Made by a program: the position numbers and the translations under genes. Below are positions 38,929-52,355 of a stretch of 64,000 bases of DNA, one piece after another. The stretch's first letter is position 1, and every line of letters begins with the position of its first letter. The notes beneath the pieces were generated by a model that saw nothing but the letters and a program-made list of their open reading frames with translations, ran no database searches and was not told the DNA's origin. The DNA comes from Octopus sinensis (lineage: Eukaryota), in assembly GCF_006345805.1 (NCBI RefSeq), contig NC_043002.1:52514001-52578000 (forward strand). The letters run 5' to 3'.

Positions 38929-40222
38929 ATTTCCTATAGAGTCACTTGTACTCCGGGCAAAATGCTTAGCGGCATTTCATCCGTTGTGACGTTCTGAGTT
39001 CAAATTCCACTGTGTACGACTTTGCCTGTCATTCTTTCGGTGTCGATAAAATAAGTATCTGTGAAACACTGGGATTGATGTAATTGATTACTCCCCTCTC
39101 CCAAAATTTCAGGCCTTGCTCCTTTAGTAGATAAAATTATTCTATCTCCTTAGGGTGGTGAGCTGACAGAATCGTTAGCACGATTCTGAGTACAAATGCC
39201 GCTGCGGTCGATTCTGCCTTTCATCCTTCGGGGCCGATAGAATAAGACCTGGAACCCAGAGTCGAGATTATTCATCGATGGATCATGCACCATGGGGAGC
39301 AGAGGGCTTAATTAAACTATTAAGGACAAAATCATCCAATGTTACCGGATATTTTTTTTTAAATAATACCGTGTGTATACTGGAATCGATGTAGTCGACT
39401 AGCCCCCACGCGTCCTTAGATTTCAGGCCTTTGTCTATCATAGAAAGGATTATTCCATCACCTTATTCTTACGTTACGTATTTTTGTTAACTGTGCGAGT
39501 TGAATTTAAAATTTTGAGACACATTCTAATACTGTATTCGATACTCTTGATAATCACTTAAAAAACACAGCCTTTAAAAATGAGGGTTACATTAAAGGAT
39601 GTAACCCTACATAGATTACGTCAGGAAATTAGAGTGATACCATTTATTCTTTAACTGATTCCAATCACTGTACTGCACCCATACTGCAGCAAACTCCATT
39701 CCCAAGGTAGACCCAACCAACCTCAGTTTATAGTAGACGATACTCGTACAATTTGCTGCACAGAGGAATTGAAGTTGAAACATCATTGCTGCGATTTTCT
39801 CAACTACTCAACCATATTTAATAGTTAGTGCAGTTAAAAGCTTTCAATCGCAGGTCTGCCTTATCGGTCTGCTGACCTAGGGCTAAACAGTTATACAACA
39901 AAAATAACAAATGCATTAACAGTTAAAAAGTATTACATCATAAAAGCCAGTAATAGTGAGTAGTACAAAGGGTGCATCGGAAATTGATCAGGAATATTAC
40001 TAATACCCACCACCTCCAGTCATAATACTTGTCTCTTCATCGTACCATATCGATTACATAGTTTTGACGACAAAAATATATTTTTCAATAAAAACTCTTT
40101 ATATGTGTGTGCGTGTGCAAATACATCTATACATACACCCCCCCACACACACACATCTATATATATGTATATATATATATATAATATATATATATATATA
40201 TTATATATATATATATAATATA

Positions 40223-40322
<100 letters not shown>

Positions 40323-40486
40323 GTATATATATATATATATGTATATGTATATATATATAATATATATATAATATATATATATACATATATATACATACCT
40401 ATATATGTATGTATGAATATATATATGTATATATATATACATATATATATATACATGTATATACATATGTACATATGTATGTATGA

Positions 40487-40517
<31 letters not shown>

Positions 40518-40619
40518 AAACAAATATATATATATATATAAAACATAAATATATACATATATGTATATATGCGTGTCTATGCGTGTGTCTATGCATATAT
40601 ATCTACACACACATGTAAT

Positions 40620-40711
<92 letters not shown>

Positions 40712-41272
40712 ATATCATGTATGCATACATATCCTGACATACATATAGATAGGTTTACGTATGTATATAAAAATATATATATTATACATACATAAACATA
40801 CATACATACTTACACACACGCACATACACACACACACACGCAAGCTCACGCTCGTAAAAGAGAATCTATCTGGATTCGAACTATCCCATTAAATGTTTCT
40901 TAATCGATGGCAATCGATTTATTGAAGTAGAACACTATCAATTCTTAACAGGATTTCTATCTTTTATTCCAATATTTTTCCTTGGAGTAATGTAATGGCG
41001 GAATTATTCGCTCTTAGAATATGAGGAATATGTCAAAATAAAACGTACCATTGATTGAAAATGTCAAAAAATGTTTTTATCGAAAGATTTTTATATTTCT
41101 TGAATTACGATTCCTCCGCTCTTTTTTTTTATTCCGCTTTCTACTTCTGTTAATACATATAACTGGCTGCCTGTCCTTTTGTATATATCCATATACATTC
41201 CATATATATTTCTATACACTCTTTATGCCTCTTTGTGTTCCTCTTCCTCTACCCGTTCTTTGTTTTTATGTT

Positions 41273-41311
<39 letters not shown>

Positions 41312-41515
41312 AATTTCGATATACCTTTTCGTTCACTTGTTTTTGCAATAAAATATCTCTGAACAACAAAGGATAAATTTTAAAATGGAGAATGTGTGGC
41401 AGTATGAGATGAATAAAATAAGAAAAGATTGTGAATAGAAATATGTTTTTGGAGAAAGACAGATAGATACATACATACATACATACATACATACATACAT
41501 ACATACATACATACA

Positions 41516-41551
<36 letters not shown>

Positions 41552-41573
41552 TATATCTGCAGGCATATATACA

Positions 41574-42016
41574 GGTGCAGGAGTGGCTCCGCTGCGTGGT
41601 ACCTTGGCCAAGTGTCTTCTACTATGGACACCAGGATTGCTTTCAAACTTTCAGACTTAATCCCTGAAAGACAATTTACATGTCTAAGGGGTTGGATAGT
41701 CTTATCTTTGCTAGTAGGTAAGAGAAAACTATGGACATATTTCAGTGTACTTGGTCAAGTAGATATATACAGTGGCCGCGTGGTAAGAAGCAGCGTGGTT
41801 CCTTGGGCAAGTGACTTCTATTATAGCCTCGGGTCGACCAAAGCCGTGTGAGTGGATTTCACAGATGGAAACTAAAAGAAGCCCGTCGTATATATATGTG
41901 TGTGTATATATACATATATATATATATATATGTGTGTGTGTATATATATATGTATGTATGTATGTGCCTGTGTTTGTCCCCCCACCATCGCTTGACAACC
42001 GATGTTGGTGTTTTTA
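41574..42016 (+). mobile_element. SINE family 2 copy or copies (partial head, then head plus body)
   Basis: ccttggccaagtgtcttctact; ttgggcaagtgacttctattatagcctcggg..gaagcccgtcgtat. Confidence 0.7.
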
Positions 42017-42555
42017 TATCGAAAGAGAGATAGAAAGAGTGAGAGAGACACACACACACACATATATATATACATATATATGCGCATATACACCTGAATA
42101 TATTTATGTGTATCTGTGCTAAAATCGATACGTACGTGGATTGAAATGTATAATTAGAAATAATAGAATACGGAAAGTTGTCGGGGTGGAATATACAGCG
42201 AATTTTGGAAAATACGGATGAGTAAAAAAAATGTAATAGTGAAGAGAAGAAAGAATCGCAAAATCAAAAAGGAAAATTATGTTTTGCAAATACATGAAAA
42301 AAATATATATATATAATGACACATTAGATATATTAAAAAATGACAGAGAGAAGGAAGTGGAAGAGATGTGAAAAGATTCTAAATACAGAATGGGAGAATT
42401 TAAGAACACCATTGTTCACACATTTTTCAAAAATATGCAGGAAATAATACATATTGCAAGAAACAATGACATCCAATTAGAAGACGTGTAATCATGGCTC
42501 TCTTTCCCGCTCCCTCAATCCCTTCTCGCTCTCCTCTCCCATTACATATATATAC

Positions 42556-42589
<34 letters not shown>

Positions 42590-42632
42590 ATGTGTGTGTG
42601 TGTATGTATGTATGTATGTATGTATGTATGTA

Positions 42633-42680
<48 letters not shown>

Positions 42681-42846
42681 ATATTAATGTATGGACGAAG
42701 CATACTTGAAGCATATATGATGTAGCAACGATAGAGATTCCAATATGAGTAAATAGGACCACTATATTTTCTTTATGACAAAAAATTTTAAATATTTTAT
42801 ATTATACGGCATAAAGATGTGTGTGTGTGTGTTTAAGTGTATGAAG

Positions 42847-42910
<64 letters not shown>

Positions 42911-43584
42911 CATAGATATGTATGTATGTGTGCATTATACATACATGTATATGTATACACACACACACACATATATATATATATAGCTCTAAAATTCATA
43001 TAAATCTAACAGAGTACACCTGAACTCTTCCCTCTCTCTTTCTCTCTCTCTCTCTTTCTTTCTCTCTCTGCATGTGAATGGATGTATTTATGTATGTATG
43101 TATATATGTATGCATGTATGTAAGAAAATTACGCAAACACATAACAGAGACATCGCAAATCAATTATTAGGTTGTGTGTACTATGTTCCTAAAAATTTTG
43201 GTACTTTCGAAGTATTGAGGAAGTATTACTACCTTAGTGAATCAACTAGCTATTGAGTCAAATTTTCAGGCAATTAATAAAGTCGAAACAAGTCACATGA
43301 TTAGGTAAAACAAGAGATGGAATCTTCATGGCGTAGAAAAAGCAAGGTTAGGCCGGAATAAGTGTTAAGATATGCGATTAACAGAAAAAAAAATTGAGAG
43401 AAATGTCCTGAAAAAGACATAAAATTTTCTTATTTCCATTATATCAATTGTCTACGAATGGCATTCCATGGTTTCTTGACGCTATTAAGGCGGCAATTCA
43501 ATAATGCTTCTATAATACTTAGTTTGGTCTACACATCAACATTGTACTTGTGTTAAATTATCGAGTAATCTTGAATAGCTTCGA

Positions 43585-43780
43585 ATTTTGGCACAGGGTT
43601 AGCAACTTCTGAGGGGAGAAGAAATCGATGACAACGACCCAGTGCTCAACTGGTACTTATTTTATCGACCCCGAAAGGCAAAGTCGACCTCGGCAGAATT
43701 AGAACTCAGAAAATAAAGGTGGATGAAATGCCGCTAAGCATTCTACCCGGCATGCTAATGATTCTGCCAGTCCGTCACTC
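43585..43780 (-). mobile_element. SINE family 1 copy
   Basis: Family motifs. Confidence 0.75.
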
Positions 43781-44030
43781 TTAAATAGACGTTAAATATT
43801 GAAAACAAGGTTTTCTTTAAATTGTCTCGCTTGAGATCTTCAGTCTTACTGTCGATACATTGAAAAGTGTGCCTGTGCGTATGGCATTACGATAATGTTT
43901 GACATTAAGGATTGCGCTAACCCGTTTGTTACCATATTTCTATTGAAATACACTGTCTATGTTTCATTAAAGTTTTAAGACGATGAAGAAATTTGTAACA
44001 CACCAGTCAATATTAAGGAGGTGTTTGTTA

Positions 44031-44250
44031 AGGCGGCGGGCTGGCAGAATCGTTAGCGCGCCGGGCAAAATGTTTACGGCATTTCGTCCATCTTTACTTT
44101 CTGAGTTCAAATCCTGCTGAAGTCTACTTTACCTTTCATCCTTTCGGGGTCGATAAAATAAGTACCAGTTGAATACTGGTTGTCGGTGTAATCAACTTCC
44201 CCCCCACCCAACTCGAAGTTGCTGGCTTTGGGCCAAAATTTGAAATCATT
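44031..44250 (+). mobile_element. SINE family 1 copy
   Basis: ggcggcgggctggcagaatcgttagc..ggggtcgataaaataagtaccagtt. Confidence 0.8.
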
Positions 44251-46822
44251 ATTAAGGTGATGCTTGAAACAAATGTTAACATAAACGTTTGATAGATTTT
44301 TATTTAGATAGCTTTAAAACAAACAGTTTGTGTCATAGGGACAAGGGACGATCTCAGGCGGGTTTGATACGAAAAGGGTGAATGAGAATAATGGTATCCT
44401 ACTTGTAAAATCAAATATTCAATAATTATCTTAAGCAAATGTCTCTTACAAATTGTCGCCAGTAGATTGAAGTTTCAACAACATAATGGTAGTTGTATAT
44501 TCATAAGATTCCAGACATCTAACAAAATACACCATGCTAAGCAGATAACAGTATATATTCGTTGAATCTAAGAGAGGTCTCTTAATGATAGTTCGACATT
44601 ACAAGAAATATAAGACAAATCTCCCTTAAATCTTACTCGTGGAAAAGGAAAAGATATTAGAAAGAGATGCGATTATCACAGCTGAAATTTCATAGAGGGC
44701 TGACTGGCAAATTATTAAATAGCAATAGCAAGAAAACTTTAGATTATTTGATGTGAAGACCCATAGTTAAGTGCCTTAAACACCAGGAAATAATATTTAA
44801 CCTAGCTGTTGTTGCTGCTAGTGATGTTACTTACCTCCAGTCGGAAATATGAAATCAAGTAAATCTATGGCCAAACACTATCATCCCAACTTATTTTCAA
44901 TTATAATGTATCTAGAACTACACTGTCCAACACACCCAGTCTGATTTATGGTGAGATTTTGTTAGTATTTCTTACATGTCGTGCGATTTATGAAGGGCTG
45001 AACATTAGCTCAAGTAATGCACGTTTTGCTGTTGTTAATCTTGATCGAGAAAACATATAATCAAATACATTCCAGCCGTAGGAATCCTGTTGATTCTGTT
45101 TTGTTTTTTCGTTATTTTTCTATATGCGGAGAAAACAGTGGTATGGAATTTGAGAGAAATAGAAGTTCCTTCATTGGTTCGTGGAGTTCCGTGTATAACG
45201 TAGGTGATGTTTAGTGCAATCTACTGAAACATACTTAAAGCATAATGTAGAGACGGAAGTTGACCTAATGTTCGTCTTACTTATGTATAAATAATTCTTT
45301 CTACCATTGATACAAGGCTCGAAATTCTTGAGAATCTTAGTCGATTATAGTGACATCAATCTCGAAGTGCTGAAAGGCAAAATCGACCTCGCAGGAATTT
45401 GAATTCAGAATGTAAAGCCGGAAGAAACGCCGCTAATCATTTTTTCCGGTGTGATAGCGATTCTATCAGCTCACCACCTTCATTCGAATGTAAATAACGT
45501 TTACTATCTATTCAGATACCCCATTAATTCTATACGCACATCAGGGTCAACTTACCTCCACCAATAAGATAAAGTACCTGTTAAATATTGGGGTGAGTGG
45601 AATGGACAGACCCTTTCTTCCCTTAAAAAACTGGCCGTGTCCTTAAGTTGCGAACAATTACTTCTATATGATGAGAAGACAGAGACTTTGATGTCGGAAA
45701 AAACTTTACGGCACTTGATCCACTTCTTTATGTTTTCCAGCCGAGGGTACCTTACCTTTCAATAATCTATAAAATAAAATAAGGACTACTCAAATACTGG
45801 GGTTGATATAACAGATTAGCCTCCTATCCTCAAAATTTCTAGCTTTGTCCCAAAATCAGAAATGAATATTTCTGTCTGAGCATATAGGTTGCGACCAGGC
45901 ACAATCGTTAGCACGCCAGGTAGAATGCTTAACGGTATTTCGTCCGTTTTCACGTTCTGATTTCAAATTCTGCCGAGGTCGACTTTACCTTTCAACCTTT
46001 AGGAGTTGATAAAATAAAAGCCAGTAAATCATTGGGGACGATGTAATCGACCGATTTATCCACCCCTATCCCACACAATTATTGACCATGTACCAAAATC
46101 TGAATTCAATATTTCTATCCGAACAACTTGGTTGTTCCTGTTCTACTGGTTATTTAACAATTGCTCAGCCTGGATTTAGCAGACTTCCGAGCGATTGCCT
46201 TCTAGTCCAGTTCATTCCGTTTGTCTTTTTTTTTTCAGATAGTGTATTTAGATTCATATTACCCAATATTCCTTTCCTTTCTTTCAGACGACATAAAGGT
46301 CTCTTGGTGCTTTTTTGTCAAGCGACTACATAGAGGTTTCCTATTTGATTTGTTCCTTCTAAGCGGTACAATGCTGAAGTAGGAATATTGCCAAATTCTG
46401 TTGGTCGATGTAATCGGGTATATAAGATTGCCAAGATTTTTGTTTTTCTTCAACGTTTCCAATATGAATAAGCTTTATATAATTCTACTCTTAGATATTG
46501 AATCTCTACTATTAAACTATTCACCACGACCTCAAACGCAATATCCGGTATTAGTATTTAGCCTTATGTGAATTTGTATAATTAATCATTTTAATTAACC
46601 ATGATTAAACAAATGAGATTGACCGGTGATAAAAAACAATAATATTAATTATCATTATCATCACCGTCGTCGTCATCGTCATCATCAACATCATCATCAA
46701 GTCAGTGAGCTTGATGAATTGCTAGCACGCCGGACACAATATTTAGTGGCATTTCATCCGTTCTGAGTTCAAATTACGCCGAAGTCGACTTTGCCCTTCA
46801 TCACTTCACGGTCGATAAAATA

Positions 46823-47062
46823 CGTGCGCGTACGATTGCCACAAGGAACATTGCCCATGTGAGAATATTGCCACTGGGAGCACTGCCACTCGGAACACTG
46901 CCCATGTGTGAACATTTTACTAGGAAAACTGCCCACGTGGGAGCATTGCCAGTGGGAAATATACAATAAAATTTGACTTTCACAACTGCGTATAATTTGT
47001 AAATGGAATATATTTGTGTGTGTGTGTAAATGTGTGTAAATATTTATGTGTGTACATACGTG

Positions 47063-47105
<43 letters not shown>

Positions 47106-47152
47106 GCATACATACATACATACATACATACATACATACATACATACATACA

Positions 47153-47184
<32 letters not shown>

Positions 47185-47326
47185 CATATGCACACACCCA
47201 CACGCATATTCCATTTATAATTGTAGGCGAGTGTGAAAGTAAAATTTTACTGAATATTTCCCGGTGGCAATACTCCCAACTAGGCAGTTTTCCCAGTGGC
47301 AATGTTCACACATCAGCAATGTTCCC
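46823..47326. mobile_element. Foldback/MULE-like MITE with internally repetitive TIRs, inserted into a family 1 SINE with an 8-bp TSD
   Basis: ATAAAATA at 46815-46822 and 47327-47334; about 46885-47010 is the reverse complement of about 47207-47326; the SINE resumes after the TSD. Confidence 0.75.
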
Positions 47327-47953
47327 ATAAAATAAGTACTAGTTGAGCACTGGGGTCGATGAAATCAACTCAACCACTCCCCGAAATTGCTGGCCTTGTG
47401 CCAAAATTTGAAACCATCACCGTCGTCGTCGTCGTCGTCATCTTCATCATTATCATCAAGACAGGGAGCTTGCTGAATTGTTAGCTCGTCAGGCAAAATA
47501 TTTAGCAGCATTTCGTCCTTTCTTACGTTCTGAGTTCAAATTCCGCGAAGGTCAGCTTTGCCTTTTTCCCTTTCGTGTCGAAGTAATCGACTACCCCTCT
47601 CCAAGCGAAATTTCAGGTCTGGTGCCTATATTAGAATGCATTATCGTCATCATCATCATTATTATCATCATTACTATGGCGGTGAGTTGGCAGCATCCTT
47701 AAACAGGCCAATAAAATGCTTAGTTGCATTTCTTCTGGCCTTACGTTTTCAATTCAAATGCTGCTGAAGCCGCAGGCTTTACCTTTCAGCCTTTCGGTGC
47801 CGATGAAATAATGTGGTAGTTGAGTACTGGGATGGATGTCCCACCCTTAAAACTGCTGGCCTTGTCCAAAATTTAAAGCCTTTATTGTTATTATCATCCT
47901 CATTATCATATTTTCAATTGATGTTTCTGAAGCACCTCTAACTCATCGCCGTC

Positions 47954-48250
47954 ATGTATTGTACTCTTATTGCATGTATTGTACTCTTATTGTATGTATT
48001 GTACTTCTATTGCATGTATTGTACTCTTATTGCATGTAATGTACTTTTATTGCATGTATTGTACTTCTATTGCATGTATTGTACTCTTATTGCATGTAAT
48101 GTACTTTTATTGCATGTATTGTACTTCTATTGCATGTATTGTACTCTTATTGCATGTAATGTACTTTTATTGCATGTATTGTACTCTTATTGCATGTAAT
48201 GTACTTTTATTGCATGTATTGTACTCTTATTGCATGTAATGTACTCTTAT
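47954..48250. repeat. 20-bp minisatellite with a 60-bp higher-order period
   Basis: GTACTYYTATTGCATGTAWT about 15 times; the 60-mers starting at 48001, 48061 and 48121 are identical. Confidence 0.95.
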
Positions 48251-48254
48251 GAGT

Positions 48255-48700
48255 GGATTTGGCAGGCAAAAACTGAAAGAAGCCCGTTGTGTATATATAT
48301 GTATATATATTTATGCGTGTCTTCGTGTATGTGTTTGTTCCCCCACCATCGCTTAACAACCGATGTTGGTGCGTTTATGTACACGAAGCTTAGCGGTTCG
48401 GCAAAAGACTCGATAGGATAAGTACTAGGCTTACAAAGAATAAATCCTGAGGTCGATTTCTTTCACTGATGTGTGTGTCTTTGTGTCTGTTCTTGTCTCC
48501 CCACCAACACTTGACGACCCGTGTTCGTGTGTTTACGTCCCGTAAATTAGCGGTTCGGCAAAAGATAACGATAGAATAAGAACCAGGCTTTAAAAAAATA
48601 ACTCCTGGAGACAATCTGTTCGACTAAGACCCTTCGAGGCGGTGCTCCAGCATAGCCGCAGTCAAATGAGTCAAACAAATAAAAGAATAAAACAATAAAA
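48255..48700 (+). mobile_element. SINE family 2 remnants (partly duplicated)
   Basis: Family motifs. Confidence 0.75.
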
Positions 48701-48952
48701 GAATTTATTTACCATACCCAGAGCCCAAGTAGCTTCTGGTTACTGCTTTCATAACCCACCTCACGCTTATTTCAGTTTTAGGATTCTTCTACTTTACCTC
48801 CTAATATATCGTTGAAGGAATTTCAGTAAATAGGGTTAGTGATATTTTGGTCGTAAGTAATCGAATTCTCTAAGAATAAGTATAGCTGGAAGGATTGCCT
48901 TTATAATCTCGTTTCCTATTAAAGCTGTGGTCAGAAACATTAACGCGTCAGT

Positions 48953-49529
48953 TCTATATTTAAGAGATGAGGAATTATGTACATTATTTACATTTGACGG
49001 ATATTTCTCCTCCTCTTGTTTGTTGTTAACACAACGTTTCGGCTGATATACCCTCCAGCTTTCATCATGTATGGAAAAATGGAGACCACCTCTCCCAGTG
49101 GGATGAAGTTAAAAATGATCATGTATGGGAAAATGGAGACCACCTCCCCCTGTGGGATGAAGTTAAAATAATAGACAGAGAACACCACTGGAAAATATGA
49201 AAACTAAAAGAATCAGCACATATGCTAGGACACAATAACTTGCTAAGCTGACCGAGTGCAGATATGAATAGCATATAGGAACCGGTATTAAGGAAGGATA
49301 GGAAAATATTAGATTTATAAGCCCTAAAATTCACTTGGGCATGCAGCGTAGTGGTTAAGAGCGAGTTCGATTCTAGGCAGTGAAGTGACAGGAAAAATAG
49401 AAATAACATTGGAATGAGAACCCAGGTTCGAAATTTCCCCAAGACATTATGAAGGCTGGAGGGTATACCATCCGAAACGTTGTGTTAACAACAAACAAGA
49501 TGAGGACAAATATCCGTCAAATGTAAATG
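48953..49529 (+). mobile_element. 5'-truncated Penelope-like element with an inverted terminal segment and a 14-bp flanking direct repeat
   Basis: ATTAACGCGTCAGT at 48939-48952 and 49530-49543; 48982-49067 is inverted relative to 49447-49528; GIY-YIG tail; degenerate HHR at 49443-49487. Confidence 0.85.
49117..49320 (+). pseudogene. Penelope GIY-YIG endonuclease C-terminal remnant
   Basis: DHVWENGDHLPLWDEVKIIDREHHWKI*KLKESAHMLGHNNLLS*PSADMNSI*EPVLRKDRK, matching the PLE pattern H.W...H...W....IID.E..W..RK.KE. Confidence 0.8.
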
Positions 49530-50433
49530 ATTAACGCGTCAGTAAAAATTCTTTGAAGCTTTTGTTCTAACACTTTAAATTCTGCTTACAAAACCCACTG
49601 AGGTTCGATAAAATACAATACAACTCAAGAACTAGGGTCGATGGTATTAACTTCCCCTCCTTTAAAATTATTGGCTTTGTTCCTTAGTCAGAAACAAAAA
49701 CTATTCATGTCTCTTCTGGACAGGTATATCCCAAATGACTGTGACTAGTTGTTGACACGGGTTTAATATATACTTATACGTTTTCACGTCACTGTGATAT
49801 CACGCTGTCCAGTAAATACATCCACTGAGTCGATTATATCTCCGTGGATAAACTTCCAGTTAGATATAGTCTATTGTCTCGTTGTACTGATTGCATATTC
49901 AACGATTGATGGTTACTCTGTTTCCTTATTTTCTTATTATTTATGGCTTTAGAATCTTAAATAACTAAAATTACGCATTCCGTTCTTGGATTTCACATTT
50001 GTTTACTTCCACCCTACCGAATCCCAGAGGGGATTAGGCACGGAGTAGCTTTCTCTCTATTTTTGCTTCATAATATTTTGGAATTCAATTTTGATTTAGT
50101 CTTCTGATTATTATCTGTTTCTATTATATTGTTCGTATCTAAATCCTTTTTGTCAGTATAGTTAGCTCCTAACTTGCACTTTAGTGTGTGTTTATAAAGA
50201 GAGAAAAGATTTCGGGAACGCTATTATTAGTTTCCAAGTGTTTTCTGTTTGAAGCTCTTCAATTCACTCAATTTCCAATATTATGTAAAGCTGCGATTTA
50301 TAAATGCGAAAACCAATGAATTTATAAGAAGTCTCCTTGAAAGATTGCTCTTTTATGATGAGCATAGGTCTGAATTTAATCAAGTACTCGTTGTCTGTTC
50401 ATAATATGGTTGCTTTCCATCTTGACATAGCGA

Positions 50434-50745
50434 AGGCGCGTGACAATGATTAGGCTCACCATCGTAAGGTCGTGAGTTCGATTCCCAGCGACGCGTTGTA
50501 TCCTTGAGCAAGACACTGTATTTCACGTTGCTCCAGTACACTCGGCCGGTAAAAATGACTTGTATATGTAATTCAGAGTGCCAACCATGTCACATTCTTG
50601 TGTCAAGCTGAATCTCCCTGAAAACTACGTTCAGGGTATGCATAACTGTGGAGAGCTCATCCACTTGCACGTTAATTTTACGAGCAGGCTGTTCCGTTGA
50701 TTGGATCAGCGGGAACGTATGTCGTCGTAACCGACGGAGTGCCAT
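50434..50745 (+). mobile_element. SINE family 3 variant
   Basis: gagttcgattccc..tccttgagcaagacactgtatttcacgttgctccagtacactc. Confidence 0.75.
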
Positions 50746-51779
50746 TTTAGTTTTTTTTTCCATTTTGACAAGTCATGCATCACATACCATGCTAGAATTG
50801 GTGCTGTTGTACCTGTGTGTATAGAGTCTCCAGTAAGCAAGAGTACGGTGTCCAAACAAAGGTTTTTCAATAGTCAATTCACACCATCCCAAGGTTTATT
50901 TTTTCTTTCTTTGCCGTCCCCTTTAACAGCCTATTTTAACAGTAGTTTCTCTTTACATCCATACGCCCCTTTCTGACGTCATCATCACTGCCATACTAGT
51001 TTTCAGTCAAATGTTTTTCACGTTGGCAACCGATGATACTTAGAAAGGGCTATATTTCATTCAAAATCACTGTTTCTTAGGCGAAATGCAAGTGTTTTAC
51101 GAAAAGTCTTATTTGGCATACTTTTAATGATACAATTTACTTAAACTTTTCTTTTGTATCTATAATTGAAATTATACTTATTACTTTTATTCTTTCTCGA
51201 TTTTTAAATTTATTTTTCATTTTGGATCCCCTCGTGCCTCATTCTACTGAGTAAAAAGAGGACCTTTATCGTATAGCTGTATGTAATAGTAAATTTGCTT
51301 CACATTTTATATGTACCTTTATTAGAACCTAGCCCTGATTCCCCCCAGTAGAATCACAGTTACTTAATAGAATAAGATCAGTCAACGTATTCATATTTGG
51401 ACAGTTTATTTCCAGGAACATAATATGCTTTAGTTCGCGCTAATGTTTGTTTATTTTCTCATAGCGCTGCTTGCGTGTAACTTGGTAAAGGGATTGCCTT
51501 TATTCATATTCCACTATGTTGTTACGTTTTCTTCTATTTTCTTTATTGTTTCTACAAGGTTCTCAACTTTATTAACTCTGGTTGATCTCATATTCCATTT
51601 GTCATTAAGTGTGAGGCTGAGAGCATGCTTTTATGTTTCTGTTTTGAATAGTTCCAAGAACGACTTCTATGATCATATTATCATTTCGAATGTTAGTTCT
51701 TTTCGGCCTTGTGTCTTTTCTGCTTTGATCTAGTGCCTTGCTTCTTAATAGTACTGTGGCCTTTGTATTATTATTATTA

Positions 51780-51811
<32 letters not shown>

Positions 51812-52237
51812 TTATTATTATTATTATAATTATTATTATTATTATTATTATTAATATCATCATCATCATCATCATCATCATTATTATGAAATCGTTATTC
51901 ATGTTGTTGTTGGTGATGGTGATGGGAGAGGACTACTGTTGTTGATCCTGTTGTTGTTACCGTTGTAGACGTTGATGAAGATTTATTAATAAAGGTGAGG
52001 AAATAGCATCAGTGCAACTTGGGAAATTCAATGATCCTTGCTTTATTTATATACTCGCACATACTCATATATCCACGCATACAGATATACTCACGCACTC
52101 ACACCCCTCATCTTCTCTCTCTTTCTCTTTACACGCGCATGCTCACACGTACACGTACACACACAAACGCACAGGGGCATACACATTCATTAAATCACAC
52201 ACATACACATACATACATACATACATACATACATACA

Positions 52238-52270
<33 letters not shown>

Positions 52271-52282
52271 TCACGCAGGCAC

Positions 52283-52355
<73 letters not shown>

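Noticed and set aside
47954-48250. CRISPR-like regular repeat
   Set aside because: No unique spacers, eukaryotic context, no cas genes.
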